In this document: one piece after another, positions 17,538 to 25,954 of the stretch | Position numbering within the stretch: position 1 is the first letter of the stretch | How the letters are laid out: each line of letters opens with the position of its first letter | From: a virus | Taxonomy: Duplodnaviria; Caudoviricetes | Direction: 5' to 3' (one strand) | Length of the DNA stretch: 64,000 nucleotides | Virus record (IMG/VR): IMGVR_UViG_3300034374_009547 | The notes under the pieces: generated by a model | What the model was told of the DNA's origin: nothing | The model's input: only the letters and a program-made list of their open reading frames with translations | Databases searched by the model: none | Translations under genes and position numbers: made by a program

Positions 17538-18420
17538 TAAGCGTGATATGGATTTTGGCAGTGCTTTTGCTATACAAGATCCAGAAACAATGCGTTTATT
17601 AAGAAAACATTATAACTTTATTGATCTCAATAATGACAGCATTATTGATGAATTTCTGCATGAATACGATACTTGGATTAAATCAGGTACACTAAATGTG
17701 TTTACTGGATTAGAAGATTTTGGTTACAAATGTTATAGTAATGGTACTACAGAAGCATTTGATAAATTTTATATGCGCAATGCTAAACGTAGATTCCGAT
17801 GCTATAAAGGCGAATATATGTATCATAGATTAGCGTGGAGAGACAAGTTTGTTTGGGCATATATTGAAGACGAACCGCTTCACAATGCAGATGCAGTAGT
17901 TATTAGTTTACCATTTGCGGATACAGGTGACAAACACGACAAGTATCACGATCTAATGCGTGAATGTAGTGAACTAGGAATACCAGTATTAGTAGATTGT
18001 GCATATTACGGTGCTTGTAGGCATATACACATAGACTTAGCGTATCCTTGTATTACAGACGTTACGTTTAGTTTGAGCAAAACATTTCCAGTTGCTTACG
18101 CCCGTATAGGTATGCGATATACTAAAGTAGATGACGACGATACAATGTTTGTGTATCACAAAATAAACTACAATAACAAAATAGGTGCATTACTTGGTTT
18201 AGAATATTTTGACAACTTTTCACCCGATTACATACCAAACAAATATATTGACAAACAAGCAGATTTCTGTAATACTATAGGAGTTAGTATTAGTAAAACC
18301 GTGCTATTTGGTATTGATTACAATAATAAGTTTCCGCAATACAACAGAGGCGGACGTACAAATAGACTGAGTTTTCATAAACAATATATTAAAGGATTAG
18401 ATATTGCCGGTACAAAGTAA
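17512..18420 (+). CDS. Fold-type I PLP-dependent enzyme (aminotransferase/decarboxylase-like)
   Basis: NGTTEAF, LVDCAYYG (PLP Asp), SLSKTF (Schiff-base Lys), RIG. Start may be ATG a few codons in. Confidence 0.75.
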   Translation: MKMTNIPNDKRDMDFGSAFAIQDPETMRLLRKHYNFIDLNNDSIIDEFLHEYDTWIKSGTLNVFTGLEDFGYKCYSNGTTEAFDKFYMRNAKRRFRCYKGEYMYHRLAWRDKFVWAYIEDEPLHNADAVVISLPFADTGDKHDKYHDLMRECSELGIPVLVDCAYYGACRHIHIDLAYPCITDVTFSLSKTFPVAYARIGMRYTKVDDDDTMFVYHKINYNNKIGALLGLEYFDNFSPDYIPNKYIDKQADFCNTIGVSISKTVLFGIDYNNKFPQYNRGGRTNRLSFHKQYIKGLDIAGTK

Positions 18421-19462
18421 TAACGATTGGGATCCATTAGAAGAGATTATTATCGGCACAGCAGACAATTGTGTGCATCCTACTATGAATATTAGTACAC
18501 ATAGTTTTATATATGGTGGTGAACAATATGAAGATATCAAACACTTTAACGGGCAACCTATTGAACAATGGATTGTCGATGAAGCAAACGAAGATTTAGA
18601 TGGGTTAGAAAAGTGCTTAAAAGATTTAGGTGTTAAAACTAGACGTCCAAAAAGCATCGATCATAACCAAAAGTTTAGCACACCAGAATGGACTACTACA
18701 GGATGGTATACTTTCTGTCCAAGAGATTTGTTGTTGCCTTTAGACAATATGATTGTAGAATGTCCTAGCCCAATGCGAGCAAGATATTTTGAAACTAGAG
18801 CATACTATGACCATTTATATGAATGGATGAAAGAAGGTACACAATGGATTTGTGCGCCTAAACCTATTTTAACTGATGATAACTATCAATTGGAGGACCG
18901 TAGTGAAGCAACCCTTGTTAACAAAGAAATTATTTTTGATGCTCCTAATATCGTTCGTCTTGGTAGGGATCTTCTCTGCCAAGTTAGCAATAGTGGCAAC
19001 CAACTTGGTTTTGAATGGTTACGTACTATTTTAGAGCCAAAAGGCTATCGTATCCACGTAGCAGAAAAATATTATAGTTTTGCACACTTTGATAGCACCG
19101 TATTGCCACTGCGGCCTGGACTAGTGTTGTTTAATGCAGGACGCCTAAGCGAGGATTGGTATCCACCTATTTTTAAAGACTGGGACAAGATTTGGGTAGG
19201 TGAAGAAGATCTACACGTTCCGCCAGCAAACACAGGTGTTGCTCCTTGCTCACCTTATATTGGATTAAACTTTTTGAGTGTTAATCCAGAACTTGTTATT
19301 GTTGATGAAAAGCAAGAAGCACTTAGACGTATACTAGGCAAACATGGTATTGATACAATAGGCCTTCCAATGCGTCAAGCACGTAGCATGAGCGGAGGGT
19401 TTCATTGTGCTACACTAGACACTAAGCGCAAAGGCAGTTTGGAGGATTATTTTGCAACATAG
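18404..19462 (+). CDS. Amidinotransferase (glycine/inosamine-phosphate amidinotransferase family)
   Basis: WDPLEEIIIG, CPRD, FDAPN, HFDST, GGFHC (catalytic Cys). TTG start. Confidence 0.9.
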   Translation: MPVQSNNDWDPLEEIIIGTADNCVHPTMNISTHSFIYGGEQYEDIKHFNGQPIEQWIVDEANEDLDGLEKCLKDLGVKTRRPKSIDHNQKFSTPEWTTTGWYTFCPRDLLLPLDNMIVECPSPMRARYFETRAYYDHLYEWMKEGTQWICAPKPILTDDNYQLEDRSEATLVNKEIIFDAPNIVRLGRDLLCQVSNSGNQLGFEWLRTILEPKGYRIHVAEKYYSFAHFDSTVLPLRPGLVLFNAGRLSEDWYPPIFKDWDKIWVGEEDLHVPPANTGVAPCSPYIGLNFLSVNPELVIVDEKQEALRRILGKHGIDTIGLPMRQARSMSGGFHCATLDTKRKGSLEDYFAT

Positions 19463-19673
19463 TATAGAACAATGGATTGAACGTATAAATGCAATGAAAG
19501 ATATGTGTATTCAAGCACATAGATTGCGTAATCAATACAGCGAACAAGTTGAAGAAACATACAACTATGCACAAGTAAAAGATATACTAGAGCAAGTGCA
19601 ATCAATGGCCGCCGGTATTGCAAATGAAAAAATAACCGAAATTAAAACAGAAATGGATGAATGGAAAAAATGA
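19452..19673 (+). CDS. Hypothetical protein
   Basis: 73-aa helical ORF, TTG start after GGAGGA. Confidence 0.6.
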   Translation: MQHSIEQWIERINAMKDMCIQAHRLRNQYSEQVEETYNYAQVKDILEQVQSMAAGIANEKITEIKTEMDEWKK

Positions 19674-20224
19674 AACGCAAACATTATACTTGGGACGATG
19701 TACATAAATGTGCTCACAAACTAGCACTGGAAATGTACAAAACTGGATTCAAACCAGATTATATTGTAGGACTCAACAGAGGCGGTCTGCCTATCAGTGT
19801 TGTGTTAAGCCATTTATTAGACTGCGACCATTATGCGCTAGATGTACGGTTACGTGATAACAAAGGAGAAACTGGACCTGAATCTAACTGCTGGATGGCA
19901 GAAGATGCGTTTGGGTATGTATCTCAAATTGATAGAGATGATGTTTGGAGTAAATCTACTAGCGATACTGCTAAGAAAAAGAAAATTTTAATTGTAGATG
20001 ATATCAACGATACTGGTGCTACATTTAAATGGATTAAAGAAGATTGGCAAGCAGGTTGTTTACCAGATAGTCCAAACTGGGATACCATTTGGAATCAAAA
20101 TGTTCGCTTTGCTGTAATGTGTGAAAAAACACATACCGAGTTTGATGGGGTTGACTATGTATGGCAAACCATAGATACAGGTGAAGAAGATACATGGATT
20201 GTGTTTCCATGGGAATATGATTAA
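19661..20224 (+). CDS. Type I purine phosphoribosyltransferase (Gpt/Hpt-like)
   Basis: VGLNRGGLP, PRPP-binding loop ILIVDDINDTGAT, WIVFPWE. Confidence 0.88.
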   Translation: MEKMKRKHYTWDDVHKCAHKLALEMYKTGFKPDYIVGLNRGGLPISVVLSHLLDCDHYALDVRLRDNKGETGPESNCWMAEDAFGYVSQIDRDDVWSKSTSDTAKKKKILIVDDINDTGATFKWIKEDWQAGCLPDSPNWDTIWNQNVRFAVMCEKTHTEFDGVDYVWQTIDTGEEDTWIVFPWEYD

Positions 20225-20233
20225 GGAGATAAC

Positions 20234-20362
20234 ATGAGTTGTACATGTGGAAGATCGCCAACAGGACGTTGTGTAGGTTGGCATAGTTTAACAGAGGAGC
20301 AATACCTTGAGAAAAAAGCCGAATATGAAAAAAGACAAGCACTAAAGGAGAAAAAGGAATGA
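20234..20362 (+). CDS. 42-aa CDGSH-like Fe-S/zinc-finger miniprotein, not in the ORF track
   Basis: MSCTCGRSPTGRCVGWHSLTEEQYLEKKAEYEKRQALKEKKE*. AAGGAG RBS, ATGA overlap downstream. Confidence 0.7.
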   Translation: MSCTCGRSPTGRCVGWHSLTEEQYLEKKAEYEKRQALKEKKE

Positions 20363-20562
20363 AAGAACAACTAGTAAAAGCAGCACGTATGCACGCCGAA
20401 GGTGAGCTCGAAAGAGCAAAAACAAATATTATGGTTTACATGAACCAAAGTGTAGGTATTGGCGAACACAGCGATATCGTCGAAGCAATTCAAGAAGAAC
20501 TTGATAAAATGGCAGCGGCAGAAGATCGTATCGAAATGCTGAGAAAATATTTTGAGGGTTAA
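20359..20562 (+). CDS. Small conserved phage hypothetical protein
   Basis: 67 aa with VGIGEHSDIVEAI. AAGGAG RBS. Confidence 0.7.
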   Translation: MKEQLVKAARMHAEGELERAKTNIMVYMNQSVGIGEHSDIVEAIQEELDKMAAAEDRIEMLRKYFEG

Positions 20563-20579
20563 AAACCATAGTTAACCTA

Positions 20580-20608
20580 TTGACAAATAATCTAAATAAT
20601 GTTACTAT
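20580..20608 (+). promoter_or_regulatory. sigma70-type promoter for folE-queE
   Basis: TTGACA-17 nt-TACTAT. Confidence 0.75.
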
Positions 20609-20613
20609 AAACA

Positions 20614-20640
20614 ATAGACATCCTCGTCTATAACTCGGAG
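20614..20640 (+). promoter_or_regulatory. 5' leader hairpin of folE (candidate cis-regulatory RNA)
   Basis: ATAGAC-ATCCTC-GTCTAT 6-bp stem at the predicted transcript start, followed by GGAG RBS. Confidence 0.4.
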
Positions 20641-20646
20641 AATAAA

Positions 20647-21378
20647 ATGACAGAAGAAGTAAAAGGACTTAATACTGACAATGTTGAGCCTGTAAAGATT
20701 AGTCAAGTAGTACGTGAAAGACTACAAAAAAACGGTGTTCGTTTTTATGCAAATGACAATATTAGTGAACATATTAGTGAATTTGAATTACAAGAGATTC
20801 AAAACGAATTAAAATACAAGTTCCAAGATGTACTAGATACACTTATTATTGATACAGAAAACGATCCAAACAGCATGGATACTGCAAATCGTTTGGCGAA
20901 GATGTATATTCATGAATTGATGCGTGGAAGGTATTATCCGCAGCCTAATGCAACTGCATTTCCTAATCATACAGATGATGCGTATGATGGTATGCTTGTT
21001 GTGCGTAGCGAACTTAAAAGTGTTTGTTCGCATCACCATCAACCAGTTACAGGTGTAGCATATATTGGTATTCTTGCTGCTGATAAACTTATTGGATTAA
21101 GCAAGTATACACGTATTGCACAATGGTGTGCTAGACGTGGCACACTACAAGAAGAACTTGCAATGGATATCTGTAAAGAAATAATGAAAGTTACAGGTGC
21201 TAAAGATTGTGGTGTTTATATTCAAGCAACACACGGTTGCTGTGAAAATAGAGGCATTATGGCACATAGTAGTTTAACACAAACAAGTGTACTAAAAGGT
21301 GCGTTTAAAACTGATCCTGGTACAAAGAAAGAATTTTTTGATAACATTAAATTACAACAGGAGTTTGCACCGCGATGA
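20647..21378 (+). CDS. folE: GTP cyclohydrolase I
   Basis: SVCSHHHQP, GLSKYTRI, QEEL, HGCCENRG. Confidence 0.95.
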   Translation: MTEEVKGLNTDNVEPVKISQVVRERLQKNGVRFYANDNISEHISEFELQEIQNELKYKFQDVLDTLIIDTENDPNSMDTANRLAKMYIHELMRGRYYPQPNATAFPNHTDDAYDGMLVVRSELKSVCSHHHQPVTGVAYIGILAADKLIGLSKYTRIAQWCARRGTLQEELAMDICKEIMKVTGAKDCGVYIQATHGCCENRGIMAHSSLTQTSVLKGAFKTDPGTKKEFFDNIKLQQEFAPR

Positions 21379-22271
21379 AACTAAGATATAGTGAAGCATT
21401 TTATAGTGTGCAAGGCGAAGGCAAATTTGTAGGAGTACCTAGTGTATTCCTACGCACCTTTGGTTGTAACTTTCGTTGTATGAATTTTGGTGTGGATAAA
21501 AGTGTTGGCAGTCGTTGGGAGCAACACGCAAAAGGTCAACGCTACAACGCAGAAGTAAAACAACTGCTAGATGACGGTGTTCATGAAACTACAAAAGAGT
21601 TTAATGATTTGCCTATTGTGCATACAGGCTGCGATACATATGCAAGTATCTATCCAGAATTTAAACACTTCAATATGCTTAAAAGCGTAGATGAAGTTGT
21701 AGAACACTTGTTGAGTTTGTTGCCGGAAGGCAAATGGACTATGGATAATGGACAAGATGTTCATCTTATCCTTACAGGCGGCGAGCCATTACTTGCTTGG
21801 CAACGGTTGTATGTCGAGCTGTTTGAACACCCAGGTATGCAGGATCTAAAAAATGTCACAATCGAAACCAACACTACACAGCATCTACACGATGACTTCT
21901 ACAACTATCTCAATGGTCACGAAAGAATTCAGCTCACTTTTAGCTGTTCTCCCAAACTATCCGTATCGGGCGAGTCTTGGGATGATGCTATTAAGCCTGA
22001 TGTTGCTCGTGAGTATTCCCTTGTTGATGGCAGCAATATGTATTTTAAGTTTGTTGTTGCTGATCAGAGTGATGTTGACGAAGTTGGTAGAGCAGTTGAT
22101 ACCTATCGTAAAGCGGGCGTGGATGTTCCTGTATATCTCATGCCGCTTGGGGGTAGGTCGGAAGAATACACTCTCAACGTACAAGAGGTGGCGAACCTCT
22201 GTATGGAACGAGGGTGGAGGTTCTCGCCAAGACTCCACATTAGCCTATTCGGAAATGCCTGGGGCACTTAA
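21375..22271 (+). CDS. queE: 7-carboxy-7-deazaguanine synthase (radical SAM)
   Basis: EAFYSVQGEG..VG.PSVFLRTFGCNFRC...GCDT, TGGEP, IETN, SPKL, YLMP, RLH. Confidence 0.92.
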   Translation: MKLRYSEAFYSVQGEGKFVGVPSVFLRTFGCNFRCMNFGVDKSVGSRWEQHAKGQRYNAEVKQLLDDGVHETTKEFNDLPIVHTGCDTYASIYPEFKHFNMLKSVDEVVEHLLSLLPEGKWTMDNGQDVHLILTGGEPLLAWQRLYVELFEHPGMQDLKNVTIETNTTQHLHDDFYNYLNGHERIQLTFSCSPKLSVSGESWDDAIKPDVAREYSLVDGSNMYFKFVVADQSDVDEVGRAVDTYRKAGVDVPVYLMPLGGRSEEYTLNVQEVANLCMERGWRFSPRLHISLFGNAWGT

Positions 22272-22340
22272 AGAAAACCTAGATAGTATTCCAAAAGGCA
22301 TAAAAAGCGAAGAAGAATACGAACGCATAAGGAAACAACT

Positions 22341-22934
22341 TTGAGATTAATTACATTTGGTTGCAGTCTTACTTTAGGAAGCGGTTTAGAGGATGTAGGC
22401 ATTCGACCTGAGCATCCTAGTAAATTTGCGTGGCCAAATGTACTTTCTACTTTATTAGGATGCACTTTAGAAAATAAAGCTGCTGCTGGTGCTAGTAACA
22501 AACAAATACAAAAGTTAGTTCAAGAATACAATTTTGTAAGTAACGATGTAGTGGTAATTTTATGGAGTCATAAAGACAGATGGTGTGTTTTTGACGGTGA
22601 TTTTACAAATCAAATTAATGCATGGGATAGTGACATAAAAAGTAAAATGTTTTTTAAATTTTTGCACAATGACACAGATATGTCTATGGATCTACATAAC
22701 AGAATACATTATGTAAATATGTATCTAAACAATAAAAAAATTAAAAACTTTCATTTATATGCAGATATTATGTATAAAAATACATATAAATGGTTTGATG
22801 TTGATATGCTCCATACAAACATGGCAGAACTAAGACATGCAAATCCACCAGCAAAATATGACCATCATCCGGGTATTGAAGCACATAGTATATTTGCTAA
22901 TCAAGTGTATAAAGAAATAAAGGAAAAAATATGA
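22341..22934 (+). CDS. SGNH/GDSL-like hydrolase-fold protein
   Basis: FGCSLT (block I), NKAAAGASN (block II), DHHP (block V). TTG start. Confidence 0.65.
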   Translation: MRLITFGCSLTLGSGLEDVGIRPEHPSKFAWPNVLSTLLGCTLENKAAAGASNKQIQKLVQEYNFVSNDVVVILWSHKDRWCVFDGDFTNQINAWDSDIKSKMFFKFLHNDTDMSMDLHNRIHYVNMYLNNKKIKNFHLYADIMYKNTYKWFDVDMLHTNMAELRHANPPAKYDHHPGIEAHSIFANQVYKEIKEKI

Positions 22935-23314
22935 AACAATGGTTAAAACGTGTAACTGGCATTGAAGCACGAGAAAAAGAACTAGAAGCCAAAGAACTAG
23001 CAGTACTAGATAAAACTGATCCTAAGGCTGCTGCTACAAAACGCAAAGAGCCTTGGGTAAATGTGCTAGACATGCAAGTAAATGAAGAAAATATTCGCAA
23101 CGGTTTTTTTGAGTTAGATTGGAACAAATACTTTATCCAAGAACTACTAGCAGCAGGATATGGTAGTGAAGGTGACGAAGAAGAACAAATTGTCGACCGT
23201 TGGTTCAAAGATATTATTTTTAACATGTTGCAAGAAGAAGGACTTGACACAAGTCGCGGAGCCGGTTATATTAATGTAGTACCAATAGACAAAGGCAAAA
23301 GCGAGGTATCATGA
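22931..23314 (+). CDS. Conserved phage hypothetical protein
   Basis: 127 aa with EPWVNVL..GFFELDWN. AAGGA RBS. Confidence 0.72.
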   Translation: MKQWLKRVTGIEAREKELEAKELAVLDKTDPKAAATKRKEPWVNVLDMQVNEENIRNGFFELDWNKYFIQELLAAGYGSEGDEEEQIVDRWFKDIIFNMLQEEGLDTSRGAGYINVVPIDKGKSEVS

Positions 23315-23505
23315 AAGTTGCAAAAAATATGATTCTGATAAAGGGCAATCATAGTATGGCGTTTAGTGTAAGACGCCGCAAGGAGTTGGTTGAAATTGAC
23401 TTTTACAAAGACACTTACAAATATCTTACACAAAAATTATCTCTTGACGAAGGCTCTGTTGTATACTATAATGCTATTGAACTAGGCTACAAAGAGGCAT
23501 TCTAA
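23311..23505 (+). CDS. Small hypothetical protein
   Basis: 64 aa, GAGG RBS, coupled to both neighbours. Confidence 0.55.
   Translation: MKVAKNMILIKGNHSMAFSVRRRKELVEIDFYKDTYKYLTQKLSLDEGSVVYYNAIELGYKEAF
23444..23472 (+). promoter_or_regulatory. sigma70-type promoter for the flap nuclease
   Basis: TTGACG-17 nt-TATAAT. Confidence 0.7.
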
Positions 23506-24482
23506 TGACATACATTCTTATTGACACTGCTAACACATTTTTCCGTGCTCGACACGTTGTACGTGGAGACATTGATACTAAAGTTGGCATGGCAATGCAC
23601 ATCACCCTTAACAGCATTAAGAAAGCATGGCAGGACTTCAACGGTTCGCACGTTGTTTTCTGCTTAGAAGGACGCAGTTGGCGTAAGGACTTTTATGAGC
23701 CTTACAAGCGCAATCGCAAAGAAGCACGTGATGCACTTACTCCACGTGAAGCAGAAGAAGATAAAGTGTTTTGGGAAATCTTTGATGAGTTTAAAGAGTT
23801 TGTTACAGACAAGACTAACTGCACCGTTTTGCATAATCCTGTACTAGAAGCAGATGATTTGATTGCAGGTTGGATACAAAATCATCCTAACGATGACCAT
23901 GTTATTATTAGTACAGATGGCGACTTTGCACAATTAATTGCACCCAATGTACGTCAATACAACGGTGTTAGTAATACTACTATTACACATGAAGGTTACT
24001 TTGATGACAAAGGTTCACCTGTATTAGATAAGAAAACTAAAGAACCTAAAGAAGCACCTAATCCAGCATTTATGTTGTTTGAGAAGTGTATGCGTGGTGA
24101 CACTAGTGACAATGTGTTTAGTGCATATCCTGGTGTTCGTAAAAAAGGCACAAAGAACAAAGTAGGATTGCAAGAAGCATTTGCAGATAAACAAACAAAA
24201 GGTTATAACTGGAACAATATGATGCTACAGCGTTGGGTAGATCACAAAGGTGTAGAACATCGTGTGCTGGATGATTATACACGCAATGTTACCTTGTGTG
24301 ACTTGACTGCACAGCCCGAACACATTAGACAAGAAATAAATAACACTATCCAATCAGCAGATAGCAAGAATGTATCACAAGTTGGTATGAGACTAATGAA
24401 GTTTTGTGCCCGTTGGGATCTTCAGCGTATTGCAGATAATGCTGCACAATATGCAGAACCATTACAAGCGAGGTATGAATGA
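23505..24482 (+). CDS. rnh: 5'-3' exonuclease/flap endonuclease (T4 RNase H-like)
   Basis: ILIDTAN, YKRNR, EADDLIA, STDGDFAQL, GDTSDNV. Confidence 0.9.
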   Translation: MTYILIDTANTFFRARHVVRGDIDTKVGMAMHITLNSIKKAWQDFNGSHVVFCLEGRSWRKDFYEPYKRNRKEARDALTPREAEEDKVFWEIFDEFKEFVTDKTNCTVLHNPVLEADDLIAGWIQNHPNDDHVIISTDGDFAQLIAPNVRQYNGVSNTTITHEGYFDDKGSPVLDKKTKEPKEAPNPAFMLFEKCMRGDTSDNVFSAYPGVRKKGTKNKVGLQEAFADKQTKGYNWNNMMLQRWVDHKGVEHRVLDDYTRNVTLCDLTAQPEHIRQEINNTIQSADSKNVSQVGMRLMKFCARWDLQRIADNAAQYAEPLQARYE

Positions 24483-24952
24483 CAATAAAAGCAAAACCAG
24501 TTTTAGCAAATAAATTTTGGATTGTTGAAGAAGAAGGTGTGCGAATTGGTACACTTAGTAAAGAGGACGACGGCTTTGTTATTTCTAGCAAAGGTAAAGT
24601 AGATGTTTACAAATCAGAACACCAATTAAAAAAACAATTTGGTAAAAATTTCCTAATTGCTAACATTACAAATACCAACTCAAAACAAGAAAAAGAAGTT
24701 CACGGGTATCCTACTAGAAGTATTCCATATAATAGTATGTTTGACATTCAAAGAAAACTACCTCTTTTTACTAAAAGTGAAAAATCTAAGTCGGTATATT
24801 GTGCCGGTTATTATCTAGTAAAGTTTAATGTAAACTGGCTGAAAAGTTTTTGTCCTAAATTAATTACTATCGAACGTAATGACTTTATGGGTCCTTTTAA
24901 AACTGAATTAGAAATGAAAGTAGCATTAGCTAATGCCAACCGATCCAATTAA
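24479..24952 (+). CDS. Hypothetical protein
   Basis: 157-aa ORF, ATGA overlap. Confidence 0.72.
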   Translation: MTIKAKPVLANKFWIVEEEGVRIGTLSKEDDGFVISSKGKVDVYKSEHQLKKQFGKNFLIANITNTNSKQEKEVHGYPTRSIPYNSMFDIQRKLPLFTKSEKSKSVYCAGYYLVKFNVNWLKSFCPKLITIERNDFMGPFKTELEMKVALANANRSN

Positions 24953-25178
24953 TACTAGCAGTATTCAGCAATTTTTTCAGCAGGTCAAGCAAGCAGAAGC
25001 AAGCAGAGCTAGAGAAGTTAAGTTAGATATTGTACAAGCTAAAAATCTTGCCTTTACTTTAGGAGAGGTAATGGCAAGATTAAATGGTGATTTAGAAAAA
25101 ATTATATCAGAACAAATAGAAAAACTTAATCAAGATCAAATAATAGAAATTAGTATGGACTCTGGGGAGTGGAAATAA
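24933..25178 (+). CDS. Hypothetical protein
   Basis: 81-aa helical ORF. Confidence 0.65.
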   Translation: MPTDPINTSSIQQFFQQVKQAEASRAREVKLDIVQAKNLAFTLGEVMARLNGDLEKIISEQIEKLNQDQIIEISMDSGEWK

Positions 25179-25200
25179 ACTCCCTGTTAACTAAAAAGAG

Positions 25201-25240
25201 ATAAATATATGCGTAGTTTATATTAAAGGATACGCATATG
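25201..25240 (+). promoter_or_regulatory. Putative late promoter (ATAAATA) plus start-codon-sequestering hairpin
   Basis: ATAAATA at 25201-25207. Inverted repeat ATATGCGTA (25207-25215)/TACGCATAT (25231-25239) encloses the AAGGA RBS and covers ATG 25238. Confidence 0.6.
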
Positions 25241-25519
25241 AGCAGACCAAAGCCTACTATTAAATTAGAATATACTAACCCTGCAACTTACAAATGTGAG
25301 CAAGTTTTAGATGCTGAAGCAATTTGGGCAGTTTTCTACCAAGATAAACCTTTTAATCTAAAAAGCTCAAATTCTTTAACAAACTATCCTGGTCCTAAGT
25401 ATAAGAAAACAAGTTTTTCTAATCCTGGACATGCACATAATCTTGCAAAAAAACTTAATAGCATGTTTAAAACAGAAGATTTTAGTGTTTATAAACTAAC
25501 TTCTGGTGAAAAAATCTAA
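25238..25519 (+). CDS. Conserved phage hypothetical protein
   Basis: 93 aa with GPKYKKTSFSNPGHA. AAGGA RBS. Confidence 0.78.
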   Translation: MSRPKPTIKLEYTNPATYKCEQVLDAEAIWAVFYQDKPFNLKSSNSLTNYPGPKYKKTSFSNPGHAHNLAKKLNSMFKTEDFSVYKLTSGEKI

Positions 25520-25905
25520 TGTCAAACAAACTAGTTTTTACAAAGTTGTTTTTACGTGAATTAGGACAAAGCACTAACGAACAAAATGTAAAAGCAATGA
25601 TGCCTTTATGGTGGTATAATACTAGAGACAAAAAAGTGGGTGGACTTAGACTTACACAAGAAGGCTTTGATGTAGTGCAAAAAATAGGATTAGCAACTTA
25701 TGATATACCATATCCTAGAGAAATGCCATTAACTACACAAGTAATTATTTTTTTAGATCAATTTATTGATTGTCCATATTACCTAACAAATAGAAGTATT
25801 ACGGTTACAAACGAACGTAAAGCAGTTGAACTTGGTTTGTTTAGTGGAGATTTGCGCAAATATGGATTAACAAAAGCAATGTCAAGATCAAAGGTTGACA
25901 AATAA
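25519..25905 (+). CDS. Hypothetical protein
   Basis: 128-aa ORF, TAATG coupling. Confidence 0.72.
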   Translation: MSNKLVFTKLFLRELGQSTNEQNVKAMMPLWWYNTRDKKVGGLRLTQEGFDVVQKIGLATYDIPYPREMPLTTQVIIFLDQFIDCPYYLTNRSITVTNERKAVELGLFSGDLRKYGLTKAMSRSKVDK

Positions 25906-25923
25906 ATTATTTCACGTTAATAT
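25895..25923 (+). promoter_or_regulatory. sigma70-type early promoter
   Basis: AAGG-TTGACA-17 nt-TAATAT. Confidence 0.7.
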
Positions 25924-25954
25924 AATTTTATAGGGTAACAAAAAGGGCATCACT

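Noticed and set aside
25165-25190. GGGAGT-loop-ACTCCC hairpin at the end of ORF 24933
   Set aside because: 6-bp stem, 8-nt loop and no real U-tract, so it is insufficient to call a terminator.
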